Assembly: GCA_964187785.1 (NCBI GenBank)
Contig: OZ076420.1
Span: 8,494,001-8,558,000, forward strand
From: Amphiscolops sp. MND2022
Taxonomy: Eukaryota
Length of the DNA stretch: 64,000 nt
Direction of reading: 5' to 3'
Shown: one piece after another, positions 1 through 11,644 of the stretch
Layout of the letters: the number at the start of each line of letters is the position of its first letter
Position numbering within the stretch: position 1 is the first letter of the stretch
Notes under the pieces: model-generated
The model's input: only the letters and a program-made list of their open reading frames with translations
What the model was told of the DNA's origin: nothing
Databases searched by the model: none
Position numbers and translations under genes: made by a program

Positions 1-840
1 TTTGCATTGGCCGGACTTGACCTAAGTTCTTTTAGTAATTTCTGGAAAAAAGTGGACCAATCAGTGTGAGGTCTGTGGTTTGAAGAAAAAAAGATCACTG
101 TAAGAGTCGTGCAATTTTCCTTCAAAAGGAAAATGCGCCGACTAAAAAAGTGTCGTAGGTATCATTGCAGAAGGAAAATGGGATAGGTGTAAAAAGGGAA
201 TGGAGTTGGGGTCAGGGAAACGGAGAAGCAACAATTTTTTAAGACAACAATGAGAAGCATCGAAATACTAGCATTGAAAAAATGTAACACGAGAAAAAAG
301 ACTATGATAACACTTTCAGTGAGAAATGTTGAAGAAAACCGGAAGTTCACCGAGGGATGAAATCAAGAAGGAAATTTTCGACAACAAGAGCAACGAGCAA
401 CGAGTGAAAGAAGGCCAAAGAAATATAAAAACATCAACGAAAAGAACATAATCAGTAACACCATTTGAAATAGGAATGAAAAAATTTGATTTTTACTGTA
501 CCGACAAAAATGTCAGACCAAAGAAATTTGGTTACTACTGGAGAAGGTTGTACGGACAAAAAGCCGAACCAAACGAATTGGTTAGTACAGAAAGAGATGT
601 ACCGACACAGTGTCGAACCATTTTTGATAATTACAGAGGAAATGTGCACCATTAGGTATGTCGAATCACGTTTATGTCACTAGTACAAAAAGTATAAAGT
701 TGTACCGTTAGAAAACGTCGAACCAGTTTTTGATAAAAGCAGAAATGGTAGAAGTCGGAACGGTAAGAGATGAAGTGGTGGGACCAGTTAGAGTAGCATT
801 TGGTGTTATGTTTGTTGTCTAGTTCTTTTGTCTATCAGAT
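1..840 (-). mobile_element. 5' end of a diverged family-A Gypsy relative (LTR tail ~789-840, PBS-like site, leader repeat array, small hydrophobic ORF)
   Basis: The minus strand reads ...ACTCTA-AC-TGGTCCCACC (789-777), the same LTR-end/AC/TGG layout as 2328-2340. It carries the same TGTAC-hairpin-hairpin-GTACA units (497-745). ORF 162-350 shares FLTE and ATGCTTCTCATTG with sORF 2907-3020. Confidence 0.7.
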
Positions 841-2013
841 CCTCACATTGACTGTTGAACGGGCGATGTTGAGTTTTGATGCTGCATCCGCTGTGATAAA
901 GTATGTTTGAGACCCAGAGTCCAGCAAGGCTCAAAACATCAATGTCTCTCCTGCTGCATCATATATGCCAACCATTGCTGTTGTTGCTGTGTGTTGCCAA
1001 CCACTGAATGTAGCCCCACTCGTCACACCACTTTGCTGCTCGACTGGACAATCAAAATGCAGCGATGTGTGATGCCTCCCGTTGCAATTGCGGCAGCTGA
1101 ACTTCGATGGACAATCAGCCACGAAATGCCGCCCCAAACAGTTCCTGCACAGTTTGAGCTTCCCCACGCTGCCTTTCTCTCACGCGTGCCCAACTGCTTG
1201 TAGCGATCGCACTGGGAGATTAAATGTGATCCACTGCATTCTTTCATCTGACAACTCGCTGAGTGCTCAACAATTGAGGAGTAGGCTTCCTGACGCACCT
1301 TCTTGGGAGTCGTCTTGGGGGTAGAGACCTCATGCTGGTCACCAGTGGATTCCAATGCGCGGCTTCGTCTATCCCTGAATGTAGTTAACTCCTTGAATGT
1401 TAACAAATCTGTGCCGGGATGACCCAATTCAAATTGCTTCCTTGATTCAGCATCAAATTGCTCCAGCAGCTAGTACACTAGTATTGCATCCCATTGATTG
1501 ACGGAAAGCCTCAAAGCTTCTAGTGCTTGGACATGTTCGTTCGTCGATTCCAACAGTTTTCGCACCTGGACATTTGACTCCTTCTTTTTGGCTGGTAGGG
1601 CATCAATTGTAGCTAAGTGCGCCTTCACGATTGAACGCTTGTTGTTGTAACGCTCCTCTAGCTTTCGCTTCGCGATGTCGTTGTTTGCATCAGTGACCAA
1701 CAGGGATGAAACTATCTGAGCTGCATCACCCTTTAGCGACAACTTCAACGTTGGTCATGTCAACTTTACTGTTAACCAGTGTTGAGAATTGGTCCCAGAA
1801 AGAGACCCACTGTGTGTATTCACCGCTGAGTGAAGGAAGGGTCAGCTTAGGGAGCTTCGTGGACAGACTGCAGCGTGATGGTACCGCTACGCCGCTGGGG
1901 CTTTGAGGCTGCAACACCTTGATCTTGCTATGACACCACCTGACTGCCCTTTCTGCTGCCATGAACACATCAGCTGCTTCCTCCATATGTCTTCAATGAG
2001 TTGTTGGATCTGC
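841..2013 (-). pseudogene. gag: BEL/Pao gag-protease remnant (BEL-1), 3' part
   Basis: LPKLTLPSLSGEYTQWVSFWDQF (BEL gag DUF1759-like); knuckles CQMKECSGSHLISQC, CRNCLGRHFVADC and CRNCNGRHHTSLH; ALLDSGSQ protease motif near 900-930; frameshifts and stops. Confidence 0.9.
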
Positions 2014-2017
2014 GAAT

Positions 2018-2328
2018 TGATATACCAGATATCTATATGTTGCTTAATCTTATATCATTCCCCCAACCCCCGTATGTCTAGACTTTATAACAAATGCACT
2101 TCATTAATGTAACTGAATAATATTCTAGATGTAAACTCGATGTACCTACTTTATATTCTGTACGATGCATTTTGATTTAGAACACAACTTGAATTCATTC
2201 TACACCATCCAGTTGTCTTCGCTTAAGGCCTAATATCTGCAGCTCTATTAGTGTCTCTTAAAGTACTAACATCAAATGAACATTCTATCCATATCCCAAT
2301 AATCCCTAGTAAAAACACAAGTACATTA
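2018..2328 (+). repeat. 5' LTR of A-1 (TGATATACC...GTACATTA)
   Basis: Matches 20397-20707 with about 5 substitutions and 2 single-base indels (~98%). Confidence 0.95.
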
Positions 2329-2330
2329 AC

Positions 2331-2340
2331 TGGTGCGACC
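2331..2340 (+). promoter_or_regulatory. Putative primer-binding site TGGTGCGACC
   Basis: TGG starts 2 nt after the LTR end; the cognate tRNA was not identified. Confidence 0.55.
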
Positions 2341-2408
2341 ATCTCGTTTCTTTCCTTTTCTAAAACCAATTTTGTAATACATATTTTCTCCTCTTTCCCA
2401 AACTTTTC

Positions 2409-2612
2409 GGTACTAATCACCCAAAGTGATTCGACCTCGTAGTAGGTACAAACGCAATTCTTCTTCTGTACTAATCACACATTGTGGCTCGACCTAGTAG
2501 TCGGTACATCAAAACTTTCTGTACTAATCACCCTTTGTGATTCAGCTACGCGCTGGTACACTATTTTCTTCTGTACTAATCACCTTTTGTGATTCAGCTC
2601 CATGCTGGTACA
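2409..2612 (+). repeat. Four-unit (~52-58 bp period) structured leader array
   Basis: Units at 2409-2450, 2467-2508, 2520-2560 and 2572-2612 each read (T/G)GTAC-T-AATCAC-N5-GTGATT-CAGC/CGAC-N5-6-GCTG/GTCG-GTACA, with a few mismatches in units 1-2. Confidence 0.9.
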
Positions 2613-2750
2613 CCCGTTTCTTCTCTTATAGTCATTTTTCATATTGTAACTCCCTATTATACCTTCCTTTTCATTTTTGTCTCTCTTATTTTTCCAAACC
2701 ACATTTCTTCACCATAACTTCCTTCTTTTCACAATCCTCCATATTTTTTC

Positions 2751-2897
2751 ATGCCTTCTTTGAATGACTCCGTTTGTATTTGTTTAATTCTCCTCTACAT
2801 TTTTGGTCTTTGCGCAATTGTTTTGCTCCTTGTTGACAAATTCATTCTTCCTTTTATTCCACACGCTTTTGATCAATACCGAACATCATCACTCTAA
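2751..2897 (+). CDS. Small hydrophobic leader ORF a (48 aa, one TM-like segment)
   Basis: Manual translation: MPSLNDSVCICLILLYIFGLCAIVLLLVDKFILPFIPHAFDQYRTSSL*. Confidence 0.4.
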   Translation: MPSLNDSVCICLILLYIFGLCAIVLLLVDKFILPFIPHAFDQYRTSSL

Positions 2898-2906
2898 TAA
2901 TTATTT

Positions 2907-3020
2907 ATGTTCCTCACCGAAAATCTTGCCACTATTATTCTTTTCGTTTCCTATATCTTTGCCATGATGGTTTTTTTAATGCTTCTCATTGAAAAAATCG
3001 TTGAATCTCTTTTCAACTAA
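2907..3020 (+). CDS. Small hydrophobic leader ORF b (37 aa)
   Basis: MFLTENLATIILFVSYIFAMMVFLMLLIEKIVESLFN*; similar segment in ORF 162-350 (-) of the relative. Confidence 0.45.
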   Translation: MFLTENLATIILFVSYIFAMMVFLMLLIEKIVESLFN

Positions 3021-3137
3021 CTTCCTTTTCTTTCCCACTTTCCCTTTTTTTCTTTCCCTATCCCCTCCTTGATTTCTCCGCTTATTTTATTAACACCTTT
3101 CCTACCTTTAACACCATTCTCCTTTTCCCCAATTTGT

Positions 3138-3374
3138 ATGAAACTCCTCTTCCTTCACCCCACTCCCATCCTTGCTCTTTTCCAACTTCTTTTTCTTTCC
3201 CTTTTCCTCATAACTACATCCATATATTTTTATCCCTCTCTCTTCTACTTTTACACTTATCTTCGCCTCAAAAACCATCGCTATTTTCACCCTCCTCCTA
3301 CTGAACCATCTATTCACCCTGACGTTATTATGGATTGGATTTGGCTACATTTCAATCCTCATAAACACTCCTAA
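3138..3374 (+). CDS. Small hydrophobic leader ORF c (78 aa); its stop overlaps the gag ATG (TAATG)
   Basis: MKLLFLHPTPILALFQLLFLSLFLITTSIYFYPSLFYFYTYLRLK...; TAA at 3372-3374 and ATG at 3374-3376. Confidence 0.45.
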   Translation: MKLLFLHPTPILALFQLLFLSLFLITTSIYFYPSLFYFYTYLRLKNHRYFHPPPTEPSIHPDVIMDWIWLHFNPHKHS

Positions 3375-6300
3375 TGACTGATTCACAACTCCTTATCCCT
3401 CTTCCTTTCGCCTCAAACCCCTCCCAACGTATTACCCGTGATATTTCTCACACTCTTCTCCAATTTCTCAACAACCTTATCTATAATTCAACCACTCCTT
3501 TTCTTTTGAAACCTACCCGGAAGATATTTACACTACCCCATTAATTCGTGAACATCATGATTCTTATTTATAATATATTGACACCCATTCGCTCCTTCCA
3601 AATTCTGACGAACCTCCATTTTCTATTCTTTTCACTTCTCCCACAACTCACTCTGATACTTTTCAAAAAAATATCCATCCCGAAAATATTCAAATTCCAA
3701 TCGCCCATGTTTTTACAACTTTCCTAAACAATCTCCAAGAAAAAAATAACCTTTTACCTACACATGTTTTTAACCCTTCCTCCATTCAAGAACTTCTCCA
3801 GAAAGATTCTCTTTTTGACATTCCTAATATTGAACAATTTTGCACAGTTGAAAATATTCCTCACCATTGGCTTACCACCGATATACTTCAAATTCATCAA
3901 TTTCAATATCAATTTTTCCGAAATATTACCATCAATAAAAATACCAAAGAACAAATTCAAATATACTCCCTTTTTCTTCGAAAATTCTTCCGCCATAATT
4001 ACCAACTAGTTTGGCATTCAAAATTTCCAAATGCTTGCAAAAATTTTCCTCAACAATTTACTAATGATGAACTTCTACCTTTTCTCGATACTCTTGATAA
4101 CCAACATCCCCTTGTTTTATAATCTTCTTGATTTTCCTTCTTCTCATTTTGTATATCTTACCTATGACTCTAATAGTATTAACAAAAGCCTCAATCTTCC
4201 TCCTCCTGTTCGTCCTTATTTCCATCAATACAATACCCCTCCTGCGAATGAGACAATTTCTACAGTTTCTATTCAAAATCTCCCTTCCTCGTCCAATCCT
4301 GTGACAAATCCTACTTCATCCTTAACTCAACAAATTTCTCCTCCTACTTTTCAAAACACATCTTTACACCACATCAACCCTCCTTCGACTTCCCAAACTA
4401 CAACCATTAAAAACAATCCCCCTCTTTCTCATTCACCAAATCAATATACTGCCCCTTCTAACACTCCACCTGCTGCTATTAGTAATCCTATTCAACATTC
4501 AACTTTCCAAATTCCTCCATTAAACCCAATTCCACTTTCTTTAAATACTACTATTCCCACTCAATTTCTTTCTCAAAACCCTCCATCTTCTTCTACCCAA
4601 AATCATTCCAACTTTCAAACAACTTCTTCTACTACTCAATCTACCACATATAACCCTTATATTTCTCTTTACCCTACTTTTCAAAACTTCCCCACTACTT
4701 CTTTTCAACCCCCTCCAAATCCTCATAATACCCTTCCTCCTACTTCCACATATCTTTCAACCCTTCTTCCTCTTACCCTTCATTTCCTTTTCCAACCACT
4801 CCTTCTGTTCCTTTTGCTGCCCTCTCCGACCCTATTAAACTTTTTGATGGCTTAGATCATACTTATCCTCCAGAAAAATTCTTAGCCCACCTCAGTGCAC
4901 GTGTAACATTTCAACTTGGACCTCAACCTGTAGATATTCAATCATATTTAACTTGGCATTCTCGTCGAACGTCTCTCCTTTATTGTTCCCTCACAGGAAC
5001 TGCTTCCAATTGGTATGACCGTCTTCCACAAGTTTATAAAGATGATTGGTCATCTTTTCTTCAAATTTTTAAGAAACAATTTTACTCCCAAAAACACGCA
5101 TATCATGCTCAAATTGAAGCCCTTTCCCTTCTTGAAAAGGATAATGAAAATGTCCGTCACTTCGCTCTTAAAGTCGAAACCCTTGTAAAACAAGGTTGGT
5201 ACAATGAATATCCTTCAACGATTAATCTTAAATGTAATGAAATTTTTACTCGTGGTCTCCCCAAAAAATTAAAAGATTTCGCTAACAAACGTCAAGTTAA
5301 ACATATTTCAAGTTCATTAGAACCGTCAATCCCATTTCATTCTCTCGTTAATATGGTTGATTCCGAAGATCTTACTCTTGAAAAAATAAAAACTCAAGAA
5401 CTTTCCGTTGAAATTAATAATTTGTCTAATACCTTCCAACAGAATACAACAAATCTAGATTCTCCTCCAGAACCTCCACAAGTTCAAGTAATGGATCCTA
5501 ATAATAAATCAAAACCTCAATTCAAAAAAAATTGTTCATTTTGCCATAAAAATAACCACTCTGTTTCAACTTGTTTCCGCTGTCTTAATATGCTTAAAGA
5601 ATCAAAACCACAATCTAGATCTCCGACTCCCACATTTTATCAACATTTTAAAAATCCTTCCAATAAACTTCATTATTCTCGCCACCGTAGTCGAAGTTAT
5701 AGTAACCCTCCTCGCAAATCTTCTCGCGACACTCGATATCAATCTCGTTCCTATTTACGTTCACATTCACGTCCCCGTTACAATACTAAAACCCACTCCC
5801 GAACATATTCGCCTTATCACAACCGTGATAGATCTCGATATGATAAACATTATAATCATACTCCATATAAACCATATTCTTCTACACGCTCATATTATAA
5901 TTCTAATTCCTCCCGTAGTCCATCTAAATATTACCCGCGTTCTCGTGAACGTTCCTCAAATTTTAACACTTCTACTTTCAACAGATACAATTCTCCTTAT
6001 CGTCCTCCTTCAAAACAACGTAATGATCGCTATCGTAGTAGATCTCATTCAAACTCACACAACCATTCTCAAACCCAATATAAACCATCTATAAACCTTA
6101 CACATCCATCTACACCGCCTCCTCAAACAAACTCTCAAACAGAATCTATTTTTGAAATCAATATGTATCACCCTAATGTTTCCTCACCTCAATCTTCGTC
6201 CACTTCCACTGAATATGCTAACGCTATTACACCTTCCACTTGGTTCGTTAATTTATATATTTTCAAACCTAGTGAAGATACCTCTATCCCTTCTAAATTA

Positions 6301-7026
6301 AAACTCTTATTTCTCCTCGATAGTGGTGCATCCATTTGTGTTTTAAATTTACCCACTTTTACCATTTTAGCTGAACACTTCTTAAAATGTTCAACACATT
6401 CTCCATATCAAACTGAATACAAAACGTTAACTGTTGCCAATAAATCCGAAGTACCTATTCTTCATAATATAATACTTACACTCCATACCTCTCTTAATGG
6501 AAATACTCGTACCCTTGTTATTCCTTTTGCAGTCGCAAACATTAAATACAATATACTTGGAACTCCTTTCTTTGAAAAATATGTTAAAACTCTTAATATT
6601 GAAAACATTTCCCTCACATTTAATACACCACACGAATCTCGTATTAACACTCTCCCTTTTACAGCTCATAAAGAAAAAGATTATCCACCTTTTTCATATA
6701 TATACACAATTAATGTTAAAAACAAAATTTATTTTAAACCCAACGCCTCGCAACTTATTCATTTTCCTATTCAACCGACACTCCCTCTCACATTTAAAAC
6801 TTCCGATAATGAAGTTATATTTCCTTCTACACCTATCTATTTTTTAACACACGCTTCAATTCCACCTTTAATTTTCTTCAAGTATATCAAAATGTTAACA
6901 CTGAACCTTCAAACTGTTCTGTTATCATTCAAAATATTACACATAACTCTGCTACCCTTCCTCCTGGATACATTGGATATATTGAAGTTCCTGCCGCTAA
7001 TATTCAACCCCTTCACCATAAAGTAA
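3374..7026 (+). pseudogene. gag: gag-protease polyprotein of A-1 (frameshifts near 3505 and 4750, one stop near 3570)
   Basis: Capsid-like LLYCSLTGTASNWYDRLPQVYKDDWSSFLQIFKKQF (~4975-5090); CCHC knuckle CSFCHKNNHSVSTC at 5533; Arg/Ser/Tyr-rich tract ~5680-6075; protease FLLDSGAS (D at 6319) and ILGTPFF. Confidence 0.9.
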
Positions 7027-10000
7027 ATGATGTAAACTCTTTTATCCATACCGTATTTCATTCTTATTATACCGATCTTTCTGAACCAAAACCTCCCCGT
7101 AGACGTTCTTCTCTCCGCAATCCTCACGTTGAAATAAACAATTTGCAGCCTTCCCAAGTTTTAACACGACCTCTTCCACCATTACCATATTCACCTGATA
7201 CCAAACAATTTCTTAACAAAGTTAAATTTCAATATTCAGATGTTTCTGATGAAGAATATTTACAACTTTGTTCCATCCTTGTCAAATATCGAACATGCTA
7301 TGCAACACATAAAAATGATGTTGGCCAAATAGCTACCCCTTTTAGAATTCGCCTTAAACCCAAAGCTAAACTTCAAACTCAACGTCCTACCAAAGTTCCT
7401 ATTCATTATAGAGAAAAACTGAAAAAACTCCTTGATGAACTAGAAAAACACAATATTATTCGCCAAATTGGTTCCACCACCTCTGACAAATCCATCTATG
7501 GTACCACGTTTTTAAATCCTCTCATTATTATCCCCAAAGGAGATACTATTAAAGTTGTTTTAGACGCACGTCATCTTAACTCTAATACCGATCGATCTTT
7601 TGAATCTTGGCCTATTGAAACTTTAGCTCCCCAACTTGCACGCGCTAACAAAAAATTCAAATCCGCTATTGATCTTATGTATGCTTATGCCCACGCTCCC
7701 TTAGATGAAGAAACTATTACTTTAACCAGCTTCTCCTCCGGTGACAAACTTTACGCTTTTATTCGTGGATTTTATGGTCTTAAAGGCCTACCTAATTTTT
7801 TTACCAAACAAATGTATTCATTTTTTCAAAAACTTGTTGACCAAGGCTTTTCATTGGTTTATATCGATGACATTCTTCTTCTCGCCCACACCAAACCTCA
7901 TATGTTAAATTTAATTGAACAACTTCACCAAATTTGTCAAACAAATAATCTTAAAATTGCTCCTGAAAAATCCTTCTATATTCTTCTCACTGTCAAATTT
8001 CTCGGACATGAAATTGGCAATAACACCATTAAACCTATTTCCTCCAAAATTGATGCTATTCACCAATTAAAAACACCTACCTCTAAAACTGAATTAATGC
8101 GCTTCATTGGATCAATGAATTTTTACTCTAAATTTATCAATAAACTCCATATTTCTTTGAAACCTTTTTACACTCTTCTCCATGATGATATTTCATTTGA
8201 ATGGACTCCTGATTTAGACAAACTCTTTAATCAAATTAAACTTTCTCTTTCCAAAGATGCAGAACTTGCTATTCCCAACACTACCCATCCATTCTACATA
8301 ACAGTAGACGCCTCTTTAATAGGTTTAGGCGCAGTTTTATTTCAACCAAACTCCAAAAACAAAATGCAAATAATTTCATATAACTCCCGTATTTTAACAA
8401 CCCAAGAACAAAAACTCTCTACTTATGACAGAGAACTTTGTGCTATTACTTTTGCTCTTTCACAATACGAATTTATTATTATTGGCTCCAAATTTCCTAT
8501 AACTGTTTTTACAGATCATAACCCCATACTTTTCCTCTTCACACGCAAAGGCAACCTAACTCCTAGACAATATAAAGCTCAAATGTTATTAACCAAATTT
8601 TCAAACTTGCAAATCATTCATACCGCTGGTACAAACCTTACTGTAGCTGATATGCTCAGTAGAGATTTTTCAATTATCAATGCTAAAACTTGCCAACTTC
8701 ACCATAAAACTCTTCCTCCTCATATTGATTTCTTACAACTCAAACAAAATAATATTTTGAAACCTATTCATTATCTCGTAAAACATGAAGATGTACTCCC
8801 TACACAAAAAAATGATTCACACTTAATCTTAGCCGATTATGGTGATGATCAATTTACACTCCGTATCCAAGATAAAGGCAATATTGTTAAATATACTCCT
8901 CTTGACTCCTTTTCTTTTCAATCTGTTTTCTCATTTTTAAATAAATACAAAAATCCTGTCAAAAACAAATTTAAAACTCTCCTCCAAGAAAACCCTCTTT
9001 TAAACGAAACTGATTTATATGACACAGACGATCCTGTTCTTAAACGAATTCCTCAACAATATTCACAAACATATCATGAACTTCACACCCTTTTTACAGA
9101 AGTACAACATCATTATTTTAACGACATTAACCTGTCACAAGATATCCTAACCAACTTTATAAACTCCCCTCCTATTATTAATCATACTCTTCATAGTAAT
9201 GCTATAACACCAACTTCCCCAAAAACCATAAATACTCAATCTTTGCCATTTTTTGACCCTTCCTTCTTTGCCCACCGTAAGGCATTTGACAATTTTTTCC
9301 TTCCTTCTGACACTTTCTTAACATTACCCATCTTACTTCAAGCTCAAAAGGATGATCCTGTTCTTTCTACAGTATATACATGGTTAAAACAAAAACAGAG
9401 ACCTCACTCTTTGACTCCAAGTATTAAAGCAAATTCCTTTTTATATACATATTACAAACAATTCCAACATTTATATATAGACCCAAACTCTCACCTCATA
9501 CAATATTATACCCCCAATTCCCGAATTTTTGAAGAAATTTTTAATAAAACTCAACCCTCTATTAACCAGACACGTATATGTTTACCATTTAAACTTTTCT
9601 ATGCCGCATTTAGTAAAACACATTCTCATGGCCATTCCGGTGAAAAACTCTCCATTAAAACATTTAATCAATTTTATTTTATTCCTCACCTTTATGGTTC
9701 TCAATCTTCATTCATGACTGCATTGACTGCCAGACAAAAAAGCATTTTCCAATTAAACCACAAAACATTTCTCCTCCTCTTCCGTTTTATGAAAGCGCTA
9801 CTCACTTTAATTACCGAATTTCAATGGACACTAAAGGTCCTATTGCCCCATCTTCTCAAAACAACTCCTATATCTTTGTTATTATTGACGCATTTAGTCA
9901 TTTCGTCGTTACTAACCCAGCTCTTAACATTACTTCTAAAAATGCAATTCAAACTCTTCTCCATCATTGGATCACAAAGTTCGGTCCCTCTCAGTATCTT

Positions 10001-11284
10001 GTTACAGATCGAGGTACTGAATATAATAATCAAGATATGGCTCATCTCTGTCCTCTCTTTCATATTAACCATTCACCTCGAACTCCTTATTCACCATGGA
10101 CCAACGGTTTGGTCGAAGTCCAAAACCGAAATCTTGGAACTCATCTCCGGATATTTTTACAAAACCCTCCTACTAATTGGTCATTTCAAACTCAAATGTA
10201 CGCATATGCTCATAACACAACACCTCTCTCTCAACTTAAACTTTCTCCATACCAGATTGTTTTCCATACTCATCCTCGTATTCCTCTCACCTTTTCCCTT
10301 AATCTACCTCGAGATGCTCAAAAAAATTGTATTGCAACTTATTGCGAATCTCTTTCTCCTCATTCACATTATGGTACTCAAGATCTTAACCCCTTTTTCC
10401 ATTCTCTTCTTGACAAACCAATCTCCTCATGGCTTTTAGCAGCTGAAACTGCAATGTTAGAAATATATTCGACTGTTCACCGCCATTTAAACCATAAACT
10501 CAATTCCCAAAGTTCTACTTTTGAAACAACTCACTTGAAACAACTACCTCTTAATACCTTCGTAATCCATACAAATTTTAAACCCATTAATTTTTCAAAA
10601 AAGCTCAAACCTCTCCGAATTTGCCCATATAAAATACTTAAACATCTTTCTGAAGTAACATATGAACTCTTTTCTCAAGATGGCTCTACATTTCAAACTC
10701 ATCGAAATCATATTCTACCATATTACCCTAAAGAACCTATAATTTTCCCATACATTAAACACTACCATTCTACCCCTTCTCTTATCAACAACCCTGATAC
10801 TGACTCTTACCAAGATACCTTTTCTCATTTCTCCTCCTTAGATTTACAACACCATTCTAATTCTCCTCAAACTCCTCCTTCCTCAAAATATAAACAATTT
10901 AACAGCTCTCCCCCTTCCATTCCTAACTACCAAAACCTTTCACATTATTCTTCCTTACAAGATCAATTAAACCATACTCCTTCCTCTACCAACAATCCTT
11001 TACAATCTTCTTCCTTTCAAGATAATCTTGATACTACAATAGACTCTCACGATTCGGATTTTGAAATGCTTCCAAATCCTATTTATTATTCAAACTCCTC
11101 AACTAATTCTTTCCCTCAGTTCTTCGCTCGTGTTGCTGATTCTCCTGATATTTCTTCCTCTCCTTCACTTGAATCCCCAAGTGAATCAACTTACCAACGA
11201 GCTCCTCATTCCCCATACAATCTACGTTCACTCCCCCTTCGACATTATAATTCATCCAAACCAAACATTAGCTTCCCTCCTTGA
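6798..11284 (+). pseudogene. pol: pol (RT, RNase H, integrase) of A-1, frameshift near 9690
   Basis: VVLDARHLN, IDLMYAY, YIDD (7860), KFLGH, TVDAS and RELCA; HSHGH...CIDC zinc domain; MDTKGP, IDAFS, TDRGTE and NGLVEVQNR (DDE core). Confidence 0.95.
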
Positions 11285-11644
11285 TTAATATTCATTTTTA
11301 ATTGGATTTTCTGCCTCCTATTGTCCTCAGTCTAGACTTTTCTTAAGTTTGACATATGACAATCTAATTAACCACTTTCTTCTAGTTCTATCTCTCCATT
11401 CTATCTCAACAAACACAAGCTGAACAGTTGCTTTCATTGAAACTTGCTGTCATACGAAAACATAAAGAATCTAATCTTCAACTCTTTTTCTTTCGACAAC
11501 ATAAAGAATCTAATCTTCAACTCTTTTTCTTTAATTCATTCATCATTGTATCTACTTCCAATATTAATCTCTTCTCATCCCTTCCTATTTAATAGTCATC
11601 TTTGAAAATCTTCCTTTGTTTCCATCCTGGATCTCACTGTCTTT

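Noticed and set aside
2409-2612. CRISPR-like repeat-spacer appearance
   Set aside because: Eukaryotic retroelement leader, no cas genes, and the variable parts are short hairpin loops and linkers rather than spacers.
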